The notes under the pieces were generated by a model that worked only from the letters and a program-made list of their open reading frames with translations, was not told the DNA's origin and searched no databases. Positions 40,974 through 51,571 of a DNA stretch of 64,000 nucleotides are shown here, in pieces (positions within the stretch are counted from its first letter, which is position 1; each line of letters starts with the position of its first letter). The stretch covers positions 20,711 through 84,710 of the forward strand of contig CAZWIJ010000007.1 in the NCBI GenBank assembly GCA_964633865.1, read 5' to 3'. The position numbers were made by a program, and so were the translations under genes. Source of the DNA: an uncultured Candidatus Saccharibacteria bacterium (GTDB taxonomy: Bacteria; Patescibacteriota; Minisyncoccia; SW-4-49-11).

Positions 40974-41723
40974 ATGAATAGTGTTAATAAAACAAATGAA
41001 TCTTTGATGTTTATTCTGGCAGGTTCAATTTTGATCACAGGCATGATGATATCTTTGTCAATTTTGTACACAGGTGGAAATTCCAAAATAAGTACAAATG
41101 ATACACAAAATACTGACGAAGAAGTAGCAGAACAACCAGCTACAAATATAAATATGGATATAGCAGAGGATGACCCTTATCTTGGGAGTAAATCTAAATC
41201 ACAAATAGCAATTGTTGAATTTTCAGATTATGAGTGTCCATTTTGTAAAAAATTTCATACTGAGACAAGAGATCAGATTATCTCTGAATATGTAGATACA
41301 GAAAAAGCTATTGTTGTTTGGAAAGACTTACCACTTCCATTTCATGATCCTTTAGCTACAAAACAAGCTGTGGCAGCCCAATGTGTGAATAAACTAGTTG
41401 GTAAAGAAAAATACTTTGAATATGGCAATCTAATTTTTGAAAATACGACTTCAAATATAGGAATGGAAGAATCAAAATTAGCTGAATTAGCACAGCAAAT
41501 TGATGGCTTAAATCAAGATGATTTCAATAATTGTTATACAAATGAAGATACTTTAGAAAAAGTTAAAGATAATATGAAAGTAGCTTCAGAAGTAGGTGTA
41601 GATGGAACTCCAGGATTTATTATAGGAAAATTAGAAGATGGTAAGATTGTAGATGGAACAAGAATTTCAGGAGCTCTACCTTTTGCAAATTTTAAATCAA
41701 CTATTGATTCTTTATTAGAATAA
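40974..41723 (+). CDS. DsbA-like thioredoxin-fold protein, membrane-anchored.
   Basis: N-terminal TM helix and a CPFC active site (FSDYECPFCKKF). Confidence 0.65.
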   Translation: MNSVNKTNESLMFILAGSILITGMMISLSILYTGGNSKISTNDTQNTDEEVAEQPATNINMDIAEDDPYLGSKSKSQIAIVEFSDYECPFCKKFHTETRDQIISEYVDTEKAIVVWKDLPLPFHDPLATKQAVAAQCVNKLVGKEKYFEYGNLIFENTTSNIGMEESKLAELAQQIDGLNQDDFNNCYTNEDTLEKVKDNMKVASEVGVDGTPGFIIGKLEDGKIVDGTRISGALPFANFKSTIDSLLE

Positions 41724-41768
41724 GTGATATAATTAAAGAGTGATTTATATTAATTTAATTTTAAAATT

Positions 41769-42002
41769 ATGAATGTAAAAATTTACTCAACCCCAACTTG
41801 TGGATATTGTAATATGGCAAAAGAGTTTTTCAAAGAAAATAAAGTAGAATTTGAAGAATATAATGTTGCAGTAGATGCAGAAAAAAGAAATGAAATGGTA
41901 GAAAAAACAGGTCAAATGGGAGTTCCTGTGATAGATGTAGACGGAGAATTGATGATTGGATTTGATAAAGCAACTTTATCTAATTTACTTAATATACAAT
42001 AG
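41769..42002 (+). CDS. Glutaredoxin-like protein (NrdH/YruB-type).
   Basis: CGYC redox motif (STPTCGYCNMAKEF), 77 aa. Confidence 0.7.
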   Translation: MNVKIYSTPTCGYCNMAKEFFKENKVEFEEYNVAVDAEKRNEMVEKTGQMGVPVIDVDGELMIGFDKATLSNLLNIQ

Positions 42003-42124
42003 AAATTAAGTCTGAGTAATGTTTTAAAATATAAAAAGAGGAGTAAAATCCTCTTTTTATATTATGTTTTTTAAAATTATAAATTTATGTTAATATAATA
42101 TTAAGTTTAGGTATAAAATAAATT

Positions 42125-43963
42125 ATGATCCAAAAGTTATCACAAAGAGTAATAAATCAAATTGCAGCAGGAGAAGTCGTAGAAAGACCAGCTTCTGTAG
42201 TAAAAGAGTTAATGGAAAATTCTATTGATGCAAAGGCTAATAAAATTATAGTTAGAGTTCTGGATGGTGGAAGAGAAGAAATCATTATAGAAGATGATGG
42301 TTTAGGAATATCTTTGGATGATTTACCGAATGTGTTTGAGCCTAATGCTACTAGTAAATTAGTTGATATAGAAGATCTGAATCATATCAATACTATGGGA
42401 TTTCGGGGGGAGGCTTTAGCAAGTATATCAGCTGTATGTCAAGTTGTTTTGGAAACAAAATATTTAGATGATAAAAATGCTTACAGATTGATAAAGGAAG
42501 GGCAGAAAATTTCAGATATACAAAAAATAGTACTTTTGAATCATGGAACAAAGTTAAAAATTAGCAAAATATTTTTTAATGTTCCAGCAAGACGAAAATT
42601 CTTGAAAGGTAGATCAACTGAACTTTCCCATATAATTAATGTTATTCAGAATATTGCTTTAATTAATCCAGCAAAACATATTCAGTTTTATTCAGATAAT
42701 AAGATTCTTTATAATTATGAACCATTATCAAAAAAAGAAAAGTTTGCTAAAATCTTTAATATTGCAAAAAATGAATATATATTTGACTTGGAATATTTAG
42801 GTAAAGATATTCAGGTAGAAGGAGTTATTACACACCCTATTTTAGCTAAAAAATCTAACAATTCTAAGGTTTTTGTAAATGATAGACCTATAAATAGCTC
42901 ATTAATCCAAAAAGCAGTTCAAACAGGTTATGACACTATGTTAGAAGTCGGACATTACCCATTATTTATGGTAAATATTAAACTACCTGCAGATCAAGTA
43001 GACATAAATGTTCATCCTCGTAAAACAGAAGTTAAGTTTATTGACGAAAAAGCTATTTTTTCACAAGTTAAATTTGCAATCAAAGAGTCATTATCCAAGC
43101 AGGCTTTTAGACCTAAAATTACTCCAGATGAGCATTTTCATAACAAAAAAGAATTAATTGATACTGGTAATTCAAATAACAAAATACCAGATGAAATATA
43201 TTTTAATACAATTTCTTATAAAGATAAAAAAAATAATTTTATTAATAATTCTATTACAAAACCTGATAAGTCTAATATTGTTAAAGAAACTAAAGATATT
43301 TATCAAAATCCATTTAGAAAACAAATATCACAGAATACAAATATTGTAGAGTACGAGCAGACTTCATTTAAAGATAAATTGACTCCTAGTAATGAAAATT
43401 ATGATATAAATTATATTCATATTTTTGATACTTATATTGTGTACAAAAATCAAGATGGATTAATAGTTCTTGATCAGCATGCTGTACATGAGAAAATTTT
43501 GTTAGAAAAAATGTTAAGTAATCCTGATGAAATTAAATCTCAAAATCTATTTTTACCAATAGAAATTCAAATTATGGATCAGGATAAAGATTTAGTTCTT
43601 ACTAATTTAAATAATTTAGTAGGAATTGAAGCAGAAGATTTTGGTTCAGGGAGTATTGTCATTAGAAGTGTACCAATTTTTTTAAATAAATATTCCAAGT
43701 TAGAAATAGTTTTACAAGATATTATAGATAAAATTATTGAGTCAAAAGGAGCTGTAGATATTCAAAATTTAAAAAACGATCTTTATAAAACAATAGCCTG
43801 TAAATCAGCTATCAAAGCTGGATATAAAATCACGAAAGAAGAGATAATAGAGCTTATTTCACAAGCACAAAATACAAATTCAAGTTTTACTTGTTGCCAT
43901 GGCAGACCAACTATGTTCCAACTTGAGCAAAATTGGTTTGAAAAGATGTTTTCCCGCAAGTAA
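42125..43963 (+). CDS. mutL: DNA mismatch repair protein MutL.
   Basis: GHKL motifs ELMENSIDA, DDGLGI and GFRGEALASIS. C-terminal dimerisation domain with an endonuclease-type CxHGRP-like motif (FTCCHGRPT). Confidence 0.92.
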   Translation: MIQKLSQRVINQIAAGEVVERPASVVKELMENSIDAKANKIIVRVLDGGREEIIIEDDGLGISLDDLPNVFEPNATSKLVDIEDLNHINTMGFRGEALASISAVCQVVLETKYLDDKNAYRLIKEGQKISDIQKIVLLNHGTKLKISKIFFNVPARRKFLKGRSTELSHIINVIQNIALINPAKHIQFYSDNKILYNYEPLSKKEKFAKIFNIAKNEYIFDLEYLGKDIQVEGVITHPILAKKSNNSKVFVNDRPINSSLIQKAVQTGYDTMLEVGHYPLFMVNIKLPADQVDINVHPRKTEVKFIDEKAIFSQVKFAIKESLSKQAFRPKITPDEHFHNKKELIDTGNSNNKIPDEIYFNTISYKDKKNNFINNSITKPDKSNIVKETKDIYQNPFRKQISQNTNIVEYEQTSFKDKLTPSNENYDINYIHIFDTYIVYKNQDGLIVLDQHAVHEKILLEKMLSNPDEIKSQNLFLPIEIQIMDQDKDLVLTNLNNLVGIEAEDFGSGSIVIRSVPIFLNKYSKLEIVLQDIIDKIIESKGAVDIQNLKNDLYKTIACKSAIKAGYKITKEEIIELISQAQNTNSSFTCCHGRPTMFQLEQNWFEKMFSRK

Positions 43964-44056
43964 AATAGACTTATACAGTTAAGTATAAGCCTTTTATTCG
44001 ATTAACATGATAGATATAATTACACAGAAGAACTATTTTATGGAAATGGAATTTAT

Positions 44057-44584
44057 TCATAGCAAGTTTAAATAATCTAATGCAAGATACCCACCTTGAA
44101 TATTAGTCATTTGTCCAGATCTAAGAATTAGACGAAAACTATCTAAAGAAACAGTTTCAATCTCGATAAATTCATTAGGATCAAGTCTTTGTTTCTGTAC
44201 TTGGATTGCTTTTTGACATACAAATACAGAGTTTTTGGCTTGGGAATAAGAATTTTCCCAATAATCAGTTACTTTTGTGAATTCACCAGTAAATCCAGTT
44301 TCTTCCAACAATTCTCTTTTCGCTGATTCTACAGATTCTTGTCCTTCTTCCAAAAAACCACCAGGTAATTCTGAGAGTGTTTTTTCAGGTCCAGGACGGA
44401 ATTGTTTTACCAATACGATTTCTAAATTATTTGTGATTGCTAAGATGCAGACTGCATTACTTTCTTTTTTGATATAAAAGTCACTAATAGCACCATTTGG
44501 TAGTAAGAAGTCAACTTTTTCTATCCCACGATAATATTTTTTAAATATCATCTCCCTTGATAAAGGTTCCCAATTTTTGATCAT
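44057..44584 (-). CDS. NUDIX hydrolase (ADP-ribose pyrophosphatase-like).
   Basis: Nudix box GGFLEEGQESVESAKRELLEETG. Confidence 0.8.
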   Translation of the reverse strand: MIKNWEPLSREMIFKKYYRGIEKVDFLLPNGAISDFYIKKESNAVCILAITNNLEIVLVKQFRPGPEKTLSELPGGFLEEGQESVESAKRELLEETGFTGEFTKVTDYWENSYSQAKNSVFVCQKAIQVQKQRLDPNEFIEIETVSLDSFRLILRSGQMTNIQGGYLALDYLNLL

Positions 44585-44810
44585 TACTTTTTCTAAAATA
44601 AAAGGTTCAAATTTATTTTAATATTAATATTCAAATAAGTCAAGTAAAAACAAAAATTCATAAAGATAGGTAGAAATTATTAAGAAATAAGATATAAGCA
44701 AAGAATACAGTATTATTTCAAATGTATCAATATTTGTTGACTAAATTAAAGAAATATCTCAAACAAAAAACCGAGTAAATTAATACTCGGTATAATATTT
44801 TACTAGAATT

Positions 44811-45587
44811 TTATTCTATTTTATCTTCCCCAAATTTTTGGATGAACAAATTTTTAGTTTCCTCAGAAAGTTTTGAGTCGAGGTAAATTGTAAACCCAAC
44901 ATAATCAGGTAAATTCCCTTTGAATGATTCAAGAGACCTTAAATCTAAATCCCCCCCAACATGTTTAGGAAAATCTCCCTCATATGATTCAAGAGACCTT
45001 AAATTTAAATACCCTCCAACATGTTTAGGAAAATCTCCCTCATATGATTCAAGAGATTCTAAATTTAAACTCGCCCTAACATGTTTAGGAAAATCTCCCT
45101 CATATGATTTAAGAGATCTTAAATCTAAATCCCCCAAATGATAAACAATATCTCCAGATAAAGCTTCTTCTTTAGTAAAGCTAATCTGGTTTGGGTTACA
45201 TCCAAAAATGAAAACAAGATCTGTTCTTTTAGTATTTTCATCTTTAGAATCTAAAATCTCCTGTAGTCTAGGATCTCTCCCATAACCAAAGCCTTGAATC
45301 TTATTATCAATCTCATAAAGAAATCTCAATTCATCTTTATTAAGAGAAATTTTATTCTCCCATTTTTCATAAATTTGAGTTAGAAGTTTCATATCCGAGG
45401 CTTGTTTTTGGTATTCATCCGCAACAGAGCCAAATTCCTTAAATTTTTCTTCCAGTACAGGAAGAATATAAGGATCAAGGTTTTGCTTAGGAGCAATACC
45501 TCTTGGATTACATATTGGAAATGGTGATACAGTACTTTTCGTTCTTGTTTTGAAAACACAAGAATTTACTGTACCATCTTCACTCAT
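44811..45587 (-). CDS. Repeat protein with 20-aa LRR-like units (L-x-L-x-S-L-E-S-Y-E-G-D-F-P-K-H-V-G-G), paralog of 46133..46957.
   Basis: Four or five tandem 20-aa units. Conserved N-terminal block ...IFGCNPNQIS... and C-terminal ...ETKNLFIQKFG. Terminator CCGAGTA-AATTAA-TACTCGG at about 44768..44800. Confidence 0.5.
   Translation of the reverse strand: MSEDGTVNSCVFKTRTKSTVSPFPICNPRGIAPKQNLDPYILPVLEEKFKEFGSVADEYQKQASDMKLLTQIYEKWENKISLNKDELRFLYEIDNKIQGFGYGRDPRLQEILDSKDENTKRTDLVFIFGCNPNQISFTKEEALSGDIVYHLGDLDLRSLKSYEGDFPKHVRASLNLESLESYEGDFPKHVGGYLNLRSLESYEGDFPKHVGGDLDLRSLESFKGNLPDYVGFTIYLDSKLSEETKNLFIQKFGEDKIE
44911..45140. repeat. Near-identical 60-bp tandem DNA repeats (about 3.8 units) inside 44811..45587.
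   Basis: Units beginning AAGAGACCTTAAAT... at 44931, 44991, 45051 and 45111 differ by only a few substitutions. Confidence 0.8.
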
Positions 45588-45641
45588 TTCTTTTTATAAT
45601 TGCCCCATTTTGATAATGGAGAATAAAATCCAAACCTTAAC

Positions 45642-46010
45642 TCAAATAGGATAATTCGCATCAAGACAAGTTAGATAGTCTAACCAAGCCTGAAGGCTAT
45701 TAAATTGATCCTCAATAATCTGAGAATTTTTCTTGGTGATAAACTCTTTAGTTATTGGGATCTTACCATGACCTTGCTCAAATAAAATATCTTGTTCCAA
45801 TTTATAAGTTGAATAGGGGATATTCTCTGATTTGATAATATAAGTTTGGATAAATTCTTTTTGAAAATCTTCTTGATTCCAGATAGAAGAAATTTTTTCT
45901 ACAAAATTACTAATTCGGATAATAGGATCTTTGTGATCACTAAAACGAATAATTAACTCTTCTTCTGCAATAGATTTATTCCAGTCATATAAAAATTTAG
46001 CGAAACTCAT
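45642..46010 (-). CDS. Hypothetical protein (122 aa) inside the LRR-paralog locus.
   Basis: Own promoter (TTGACA at 46060..46065, 17-nt spacer, TATAAT at 46037..46042) nearly identical to the promoter of 46133..46957. Confidence 0.35.
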   Translation of the reverse strand: MSFAKFLYDWNKSIAEEELIIRFSDHKDPIIRISNFVEKISSIWNQEDFQKEFIQTYIIKSENIPYSTYKLEQDILFEQGHGKIPITKEFITKKNSQIIEDQFNSLQAWLDYLTCLDANYPI

Positions 46011-46132
46011 AGTTTTACCTGATAAAGTGCGAGTTCATTATATAATAATCTTATGTTTTTGTCAAGTTTTAATGACAAAAAGAAATATATTCCCAAACAA
46101 AAAACCGAGTAATTTAATACTCGGAATATATT

Positions 46133-46957
46133 TTAATTGAAGACTACTTTATCACCAAATTTTTGAATGAATAAATTTTTAGTTTCCTCGGAAAGTTTTG
46201 AGTTGAGAAAAATAAAATTATAGACATAATCAGGAAGATTACCTTGAAATGACATTAGATTTCGTAAATATAAACAATCACCAATATGCTTAGGAAGATC
46301 ACTTTTGAGGAATGAAATAGAGTCTAAAATTAAACTTGACCCAACATACTTAGGTAAATTGCCTTCGAAATATTGAAGAGATCTTAAATCTAAATCACTT
46401 CCAATGTATTCAGGGAAATTACTTTCGAAAAAGTCAAAATCAAAACATCCTAAATCTAAATCTAAATCTAAATCATACCCAACATACTTAGGTAAATTAC
46501 CTTTCATAAATCGAAGGGCTGGCAAACTTAAATGCAAGCCAACATATTCAGGTAAGTTACCTTTGAATGATTCAAGATAATTTAGATATACCTCTCCACA
46601 AACATATTTGGGTAAATTACCTTCGAATAATTCCAGCTCACGTAAAACTAAATCTCCCCAATGATAAACAATCTCACCAGAGATAGCTTCATCGTTAGTC
46701 AAGCTAATCTGGTTTGGATTACATCCAAAAATGTAACTCAAACCTGTTCTTTTAACATCCTCATCTTTAGAATTTAAAATTTCATTTATTGTTAGATCTT
46801 TTATATATCCAAAACCTTTAATTTTTTTCTCATACATTAAAATTAATTCTTTATTTCTTTCAAAAGAAAAGTTAGTTCTCAATCTAAAATAAATCTCAGT
46901 CAATAATTTAATATCAGAAGATTCTTCTTTGTAATTTAGACAAAACTCAGATTTCAT
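46133..46957 (-). CDS. LRR-like 20-aa-repeat protein, paralog of 44811..45587, with more diverged repeats.
   Basis: Shared N-terminal block and ...ETKNLFIQKFGD C-terminus. Duplicated promoter module at 46970..47030 and terminator module at 46095..46125. Confidence 0.5.
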   Translation of the reverse strand: MKSEFCLNYKEESSDIKLLTEIYFRLRTNFSFERNKELILMYEKKIKGFGYIKDLTINEILNSKDEDVKRTGLSYIFGCNPNQISLTNDEAISGEIVYHWGDLVLRELELFEGNLPKYVCGEVYLNYLESFKGNLPEYVGLHLSLPALRFMKGNLPKYVGYDLDLDLDLGCFDFDFFESNFPEYIGSDLDLRSLQYFEGNLPKYVGSSLILDSISFLKSDLPKHIGDCLYLRNLMSFQGNLPDYVYNFIFLNSKLSEETKNLFIQKFGDKVVFN

Positions 46958-47079
46958 AATCTTTGACTTTGGTAAAGTGCGAATTTATTATATAATAATC
47001 TTATATTTTTGTCAAGTTTTAATGACAGAAAAATAAAAAATCCCAATAATAAACTGAGACTTTTTATAATTTCATTGAT

Positions 47080-47517
47080 TTATATTTTTTTCAAAACTTC
47101 TTTGCTAACTAAATCATCGTAATTTTTGGAAAGAATTTTTTCTAAGTCGTCAAGACCCGCATAATCCTTATGCTTTAAAAAAGCAAATACAACATCAGGT
47201 AATTTTTTTTGTTTAGTATCAATCAAAGTAAATGCTGTGTCTACTCTTTTCTCTGGATCCATATCTAGAAACCAATCTGAATTATGTTTCTTTTTTTCTA
47301 AATTAGGTTTGGCTTCAGTTATTACTTGATCATTGTTTAGAATCTCTAAGGCATCTTGTCTAGCTTGCTCTATTTCTTTTTGAACATTTTCTGAATTTAT
47401 AGACATCTGTTCATTAGATATAATTTTTTTCTTAGATTGTAATTCTAAATTGGGAGATTCTTTCTCGTTGGAATCAGAAGTTGTTTCAATAGTTTTACCA
47501 AAATTAAATTCGGACAT
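47080..47517 (-). CDS. Hypothetical protein (145 aa).
   Basis: ORF track only. Confidence 0.3.
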   Translation of the reverse strand: MSEFNFGKTIETTSDSNEKESPNLELQSKKKIISNEQMSINSENVQKEIEQARQDALEILNNDQVITEAKPNLEKKKHNSDWFLDMDPEKRVDTAFTLIDTKQKKLPDVVFAFLKHKDYAGLDDLEKILSKNYDDLVSKEVLKKI

Positions 47518-47566
47518 ATTATTTAAATTTAGTCAATAAATTATAATAATTCTATCATAAAATTAA

Positions 47567-49357
47567 TTAATTGTCAATTTTATAGATCAAAATTGAATTT
47601 CCTATTATTTCTGTTGGGGTTTTCCATTTCAACCATTCATAGTCAGCTTCTGATTCTCCAATTTGTTTTTTATAAAAAGAATCTTGAAATTTAGAAGCAC
47701 TGATTGCTATATATTCTCCTTTTACTTCTCCTTTCTCAGGATAAAAAGGTTTATATTTATCTCCAAGATAAACTTCTGCATTATATGATCCAAAAAAATC
47801 TAAATAAATTGAGTCTAAATTTTTTTCGTCCATCCAAATCTCTAATCTTTTTAAATCTTGTCCCCAATCTATATTAGAATCTGTAAATACTTGATAACCA
47901 AGATCAGAATTTCCTATAAGAAGGTTAAAATGAGATATATAATGGGGGAAAGTTATAAAAGGGGTTACTGAGTACCAAACAATTAAAATAGCTATAATTT
48001 GGTTAGAAAATTTTAAATAAACCAGATAATTTATTATGAAGTAAGAAATTAAGATATATGTTAGAGGTAGTACAGGTAATATGTGTCTAATTCCTAGATT
48101 TAAATTACCAGAAATACTAATACCCCAGTAGAAAATAATTATTAGTAATAATATAATTGGGTAAATACTTTTATTATCATAAATATTTTGAAAATAGTTT
48201 AGAGATTTCTTACCAAGAGATAAAATAACAAATACGAAGGTCATTATAGTTGTTCCTAAAAGAATTAAAATAGATAAAGGCTCTTTAAAAATATAAGTGA
48301 GTGGAAAATACCAAAGAAAGCTTTGATTAGTAAATTGTCCTAAAAGAAATGTATTGTTTCCTCCACTTACTCTTTGTATAACCATAAATTGACCTAATAA
48401 ATAGTGTCCAAATTGTTTGGTTAATGGATTTGAAACAGCAGTAGTCAGTATGGATTTTGTTATATCAGAAATTTGATTATCTGATACAAAAGATTTTTCT
48501 ATTAAAGATATTTGAGTTTCAGTTGTTATTTTATAATTTATAGGTTGATATACCAAACTTATTCCAAAAAACATAATTACTACAAAGATTAAACTATGTT
48601 TTATGGCTAAAATAAATCTTTGTAAAAACATTTTTTTATAATAAAGATAGTTATAAATTAGCCAGATTAGTATGAATAAAGGAAATAGCATAACAATAGA
48701 AAATTTGGATAGCATTCCAAATACTAAAACTAAAGATAGTATAAGTATATTTTTGGTTGATGAATTTTTTAAATACCTAGAAAACCAATCGGCAATCATA
48801 ATGAATGATAAAGTAGAAATTGTATCTGTTGTAACTAATCTACTATGAGCAATAATATTGGGTGAAAAAGCTGTAAATATTCCTGATAATAGGGCGATCT
48901 TCTTGCTTTTTGTGTGGTGATAGACTGAATAGATCACATACCATACCAAAATCAAAAAGATAATTACATTAGGGATTCTCGCAAAGAAAACCATTAAGTC
49001 AGTTGGATTACCTGATTTAAACAGAAATTCTTGCCCCATAAACCACTGTTGATTAGGATTTACTTCCCAATTTGGAGAATTAGTATCAAAATTCAAGTTT
49101 ATTTTAGAATCAAGAGCCTTCATAGATAAACCTGACAGAACTTTTAAGAGTGGGGGATGTTCTGGATTTAATCTATAATCTTGAGTTTCTACATAAGAGT
49201 ATCCAGATGCAATATGAGAAACTTCGTCAACTGTTACTGAATCTCCTAACATACTCCAGATCATTAAAGGAGTGATTAGTAAAATTATAGCTAAATAGTA
49301 GATGAATAAATTGATTTTTTTTAATTTATTGTACAGGTTCTGTGCTAGGTTGTTCAT
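47567..49357 (-). CDS. GT-C superfamily glycosyltransferase (GT39/PMT- or ArnT-like).
   Basis: N-terminal DE motif in the first loop (VTVDEVSHIASGY) and a ~12-TM architecture. Confidence 0.65.
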   Translation of the reverse strand: MNNLAQNLYNKLKKINLFIYYLAIILLITPLMIWSMLGDSVTVDEVSHIASGYSYVETQDYRLNPEHPPLLKVLSGLSMKALDSKINLNFDTNSPNWEVNPNQQWFMGQEFLFKSGNPTDLMVFFARIPNVIIFLILVWYVIYSVYHHTKSKKIALLSGIFTAFSPNIIAHSRLVTTDTISTLSFIMIADWFSRYLKNSSTKNILILSLVLVFGMLSKFSIVMLFPLFILIWLIYNYLYYKKMFLQRFILAIKHSLIFVVIMFFGISLVYQPINYKITTETQISLIEKSFVSDNQISDITKSILTTAVSNPLTKQFGHYLLGQFMVIQRVSGGNNTFLLGQFTNQSFLWYFPLTYIFKEPLSILILLGTTIMTFVFVILSLGKKSLNYFQNIYDNKSIYPIILLLIIIFYWGISISGNLNLGIRHILPVLPLTYILISYFIINYLVYLKFSNQIIAILIVWYSVTPFITFPHYISHFNLLIGNSDLGYQVFTDSNIDWGQDLKRLEIWMDEKNLDSIYLDFFGSYNAEVYLGDKYKPFYPEKGEVKGEYIAISASKFQDSFYKKQIGESEADYEWLKWKTPTEIIGNSILIYKIDN

Positions 49358-50222
49358 TTTGAATCTCTTTTAATTTATAATAAACTCTATTTTTTATCCT
49401 AATATCTATATACTCTAAAGAATTTATAATCTCAGGCTTAATAATTTGAGCAAAAGCTATCTTCAAAGACTCTGCTTGATATATAATATCAGTTTCTGAG
49501 TCAATTTTCAAATAATAATCGGGTTCTAAGTATAAATTCACATTAAATATTTGGTTTGAATATCTATTTTTTATTTCTAAATATTTTATTTTTAGTGATA
49601 AATTATCTTTATAAATTTTATATAAACTTTTTATCCATAACATTTCTTTTTGACTAAATATAGCTTCTCTTGGGTTGATTACCCGATTTTCTTTGATTAA
49701 AGGTAATTCTGCTAATTCTGAAGGATCAATATTTTGAATCACAGAACCATCATCAGCTATAATTCCACATAGATTATCATTGTTGCAAAGATAAAGTGTT
49801 GGATTTTTTTCTTGAATATTGATGGAAATGGTTTTATCTAAAATGTTTTTTGAGATTTCGACATTAGATACCGAAGGTAAGTTTTTATAAATTAAGTCCG
49901 CAAGTTTTTTTTCTGATAAAAATAAAATATTTTCTTGATTCAAAATCTTAGAATCTTTTTTTAAACTTTCTCTTAAGATTAGATTAAAAGAATTGATATC
50001 AAAATTTTGTTTATAAACTGGTGTTTGTTCAAATACAAATTCCTTAATAGTTAGGGAAGGTTCTTTATTTATGAGATAAAACGCTAAAATAATTAATGAT
50101 AATAGTAATATTAACAAAAAGTTTAATACTCTTCTTAAAAATTTTATCTTATTATTTTTTTTTATAACCTTTTTATCTACTTTGATTGTAGGTCTATAAA
50201 GTCTTCTTCTATATTGATTCAT
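49326..50222 (-). CDS. Bitopic membrane protein, possibly FtsQ/DivIB-like (POTRA).
   Basis: Basic cytoplasmic N-terminus, a single TM helix, and a periplasmic region with ...ADDGSVI... and a C-terminal ...IDIRIKNRVYY pattern. Confidence 0.35.
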   Translation of the reverse strand: MNQYRRRLYRPTIKVDKKVIKKNNKIKFLRRVLNFLLILLLSLIILAFYLINKEPSLTIKEFVFEQTPVYKQNFDINSFNLILRESLKKDSKILNQENILFLSEKKLADLIYKNLPSVSNVEISKNILDKTISINIQEKNPTLYLCNNDNLCGIIADDGSVIQNIDPSELAELPLIKENRVINPREAIFSQKEMLWIKSLYKIYKDNLSLKIKYLEIKNRYSNQIFNVNLYLEPDYYLKIDSETDIIYQAESLKIAFAQIIKPEIINSLEYIDIRIKNRVYYKLKEIQNEQPSTEPVQ

Positions 50223-50224
50223 AA

Positions 50225-50587
50225 TTATTGACAGGTTTTAGATAAAGTTAGTCCTAGAGATTGAGCTTCTTCTTCAGTTTGGAAATAAACTTTATTTTCA
50301 TCTTTTATTCTATTTGAACCAGAACAACCAGCTGTATAATACACTTTTCCAGATTTACTTGCAATTATTGATTTTGAAGGAATTGTTGGTTCATTAGCTG
50401 GAGGCTTTTCACTAGATTCTTTTTCTTCGTTTATTATAGCAGACTCATTAGGATAGACAATTGAAATATTAGACGCTAAATTACTTGTTTGTTGATTTAA
50501 TCCAATTCTATAAGAAATGATCCCAATTAGTAGAAACGAGATTAGATAAAGAATACCAGATGTGTTATTGACAAAAAAGTGTTTCAT
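50225..50587 (-). CDS. Membrane-anchored protein with a C-terminal Ada-like metal-binding domain.
   Basis: VYYTAGCSGSNRIKDENKVYFQTEEEAQSLGL...KTC resembles the Ada N-terminal Zn-binding fold (...C...RIKPENRVFF..AEEA.AAG...C). Confidence 0.4.
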   Translation of the reverse strand: MKHFFVNNTSGILYLISFLLIGIISYRIGLNQQTSNLASNISIVYPNESAIINEEKESSEKPPANEPTIPSKSIIASKSGKVYYTAGCSGSNRIKDENKVYFQTEEEAQSLGLTLSKTCQ

Positions 50588-50640
50588 TGATAATATAATA
50601 ACATATTATACTTTATTTGATAATAAGATTATATAAAATT

Positions 50641-50913
50641 ATGGCACATAGAAAAGCAGGTGGTTCTACCAGATTAGGTAGAGATTCAAATCCACAATAC
50701 CTTGGAGTGAAACTCTACGGAGGACAAGTAGTTAAAAAAGGAAATATTATTATTAGACAAAGAGGTCTAAAATTCAGATTAGGAAAAAATGTAGCTCTTG
50801 GAAAAGATGACACAATATTTGCTCTATCTGATGGAATAATTGAATTTGGTAAGAAAAAAGTTACTTTATTTACAGGTAAACAAAAAACTGTTAAGACAGT
50901 ATCTGTAGTATAA
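50641..50913 (+). CDS. rpmA: 50S ribosomal protein L27. True start at the ATG at 50641; the track ORF begins upstream at 50617.
   Basis: [29 protein letters not shown]...GKDDTIFAL. Confidence 0.9.
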   Translation: MAHRKAGGSTRLGRDSNPQYLGVKLYGGQVVKKGNIIIRQRGLKFRLGKNVALGKDDTIFALSDGIIEFGKKKVTLFTGKQKTVKTVSVV

Positions 50914-51094
50914 CTAAATTTATATTATTCTTTTACTAAAAACACTTCTATATATTAATTATAAGAAGTGTTTTTTTATATAATACTTCTTATGTTTGAA
51001 CCGTTTCTATAAAATAACTATTGACAAAACTAGTTTATTAATATATATTAATTTTGTACAATTTGTTCTTTAAATATTATGGAGACTATGTTGA

Positions 51095-51571
51095 ATGTTA
51101 ATAAAGTCTGTATCTGATAAAGATTTGGCTATACTTGAACACATTGCTTTTGATATACTAGAACCTTTATATGGTGATCAATCTAAATCTCTGTATGAAT
51201 GGGTTTCTGGTGAAGGTTTTAAATATGCTTTTCTTTCTAAATCTGGAGAGGGAGAATATCAAGGATTTATAAGTCTAAAAATTAATCCTTTAAAAGATTA
51301 TGTTAAAATTTCAACCTTCTTTGTCCTACCAAATTTTCGAGGAAATGGTATAGGTAAGAGATTACTTGAGTTTGTCTTTAAATATGTAGTAGATTTAGGT
51401 AAATATAAATATCTAAAAGTTACTATATCGGAAGATAACCCTGAATCATTAGCATTTTTTCAGAAAAATAATTTTGTTTTAACGGACAAAATAGATGGTA
51501 AGTATAAACATAATAAAACTGAATTTATCTTATATAAGGAGATTATTAATGAAAAAGATATTAGGTATTAA
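51095..51571 (+). CDS. GNAT family N-acetyltransferase.
   Basis: Motif A RGNGIGKRLLEFV. Confidence 0.65.
   Translation: MLIKSVSDKDLAILEHIAFDILEPLYGDQSKSLYEWVSGEGFKYAFLSKSGEGEYQGFISLKINPLKDYVKISTFFVLPNFRGNGIGKRLLEFVFKYVVDLGKYKYLKVTISEDNPESLAFFQKNNFVLTDKIDGKYKHNKTEFILYKEIINEKDIRY

Noticed and set aside
44811-45587. Surface antigen or phase-variable adhesin interpretation of the LRR-like repeat proteins.
   Set aside because: There is no signal peptide, lipobox or TM segment on either paralog. Repeat variability is still flagged, but a cytoplasmic role is more likely.
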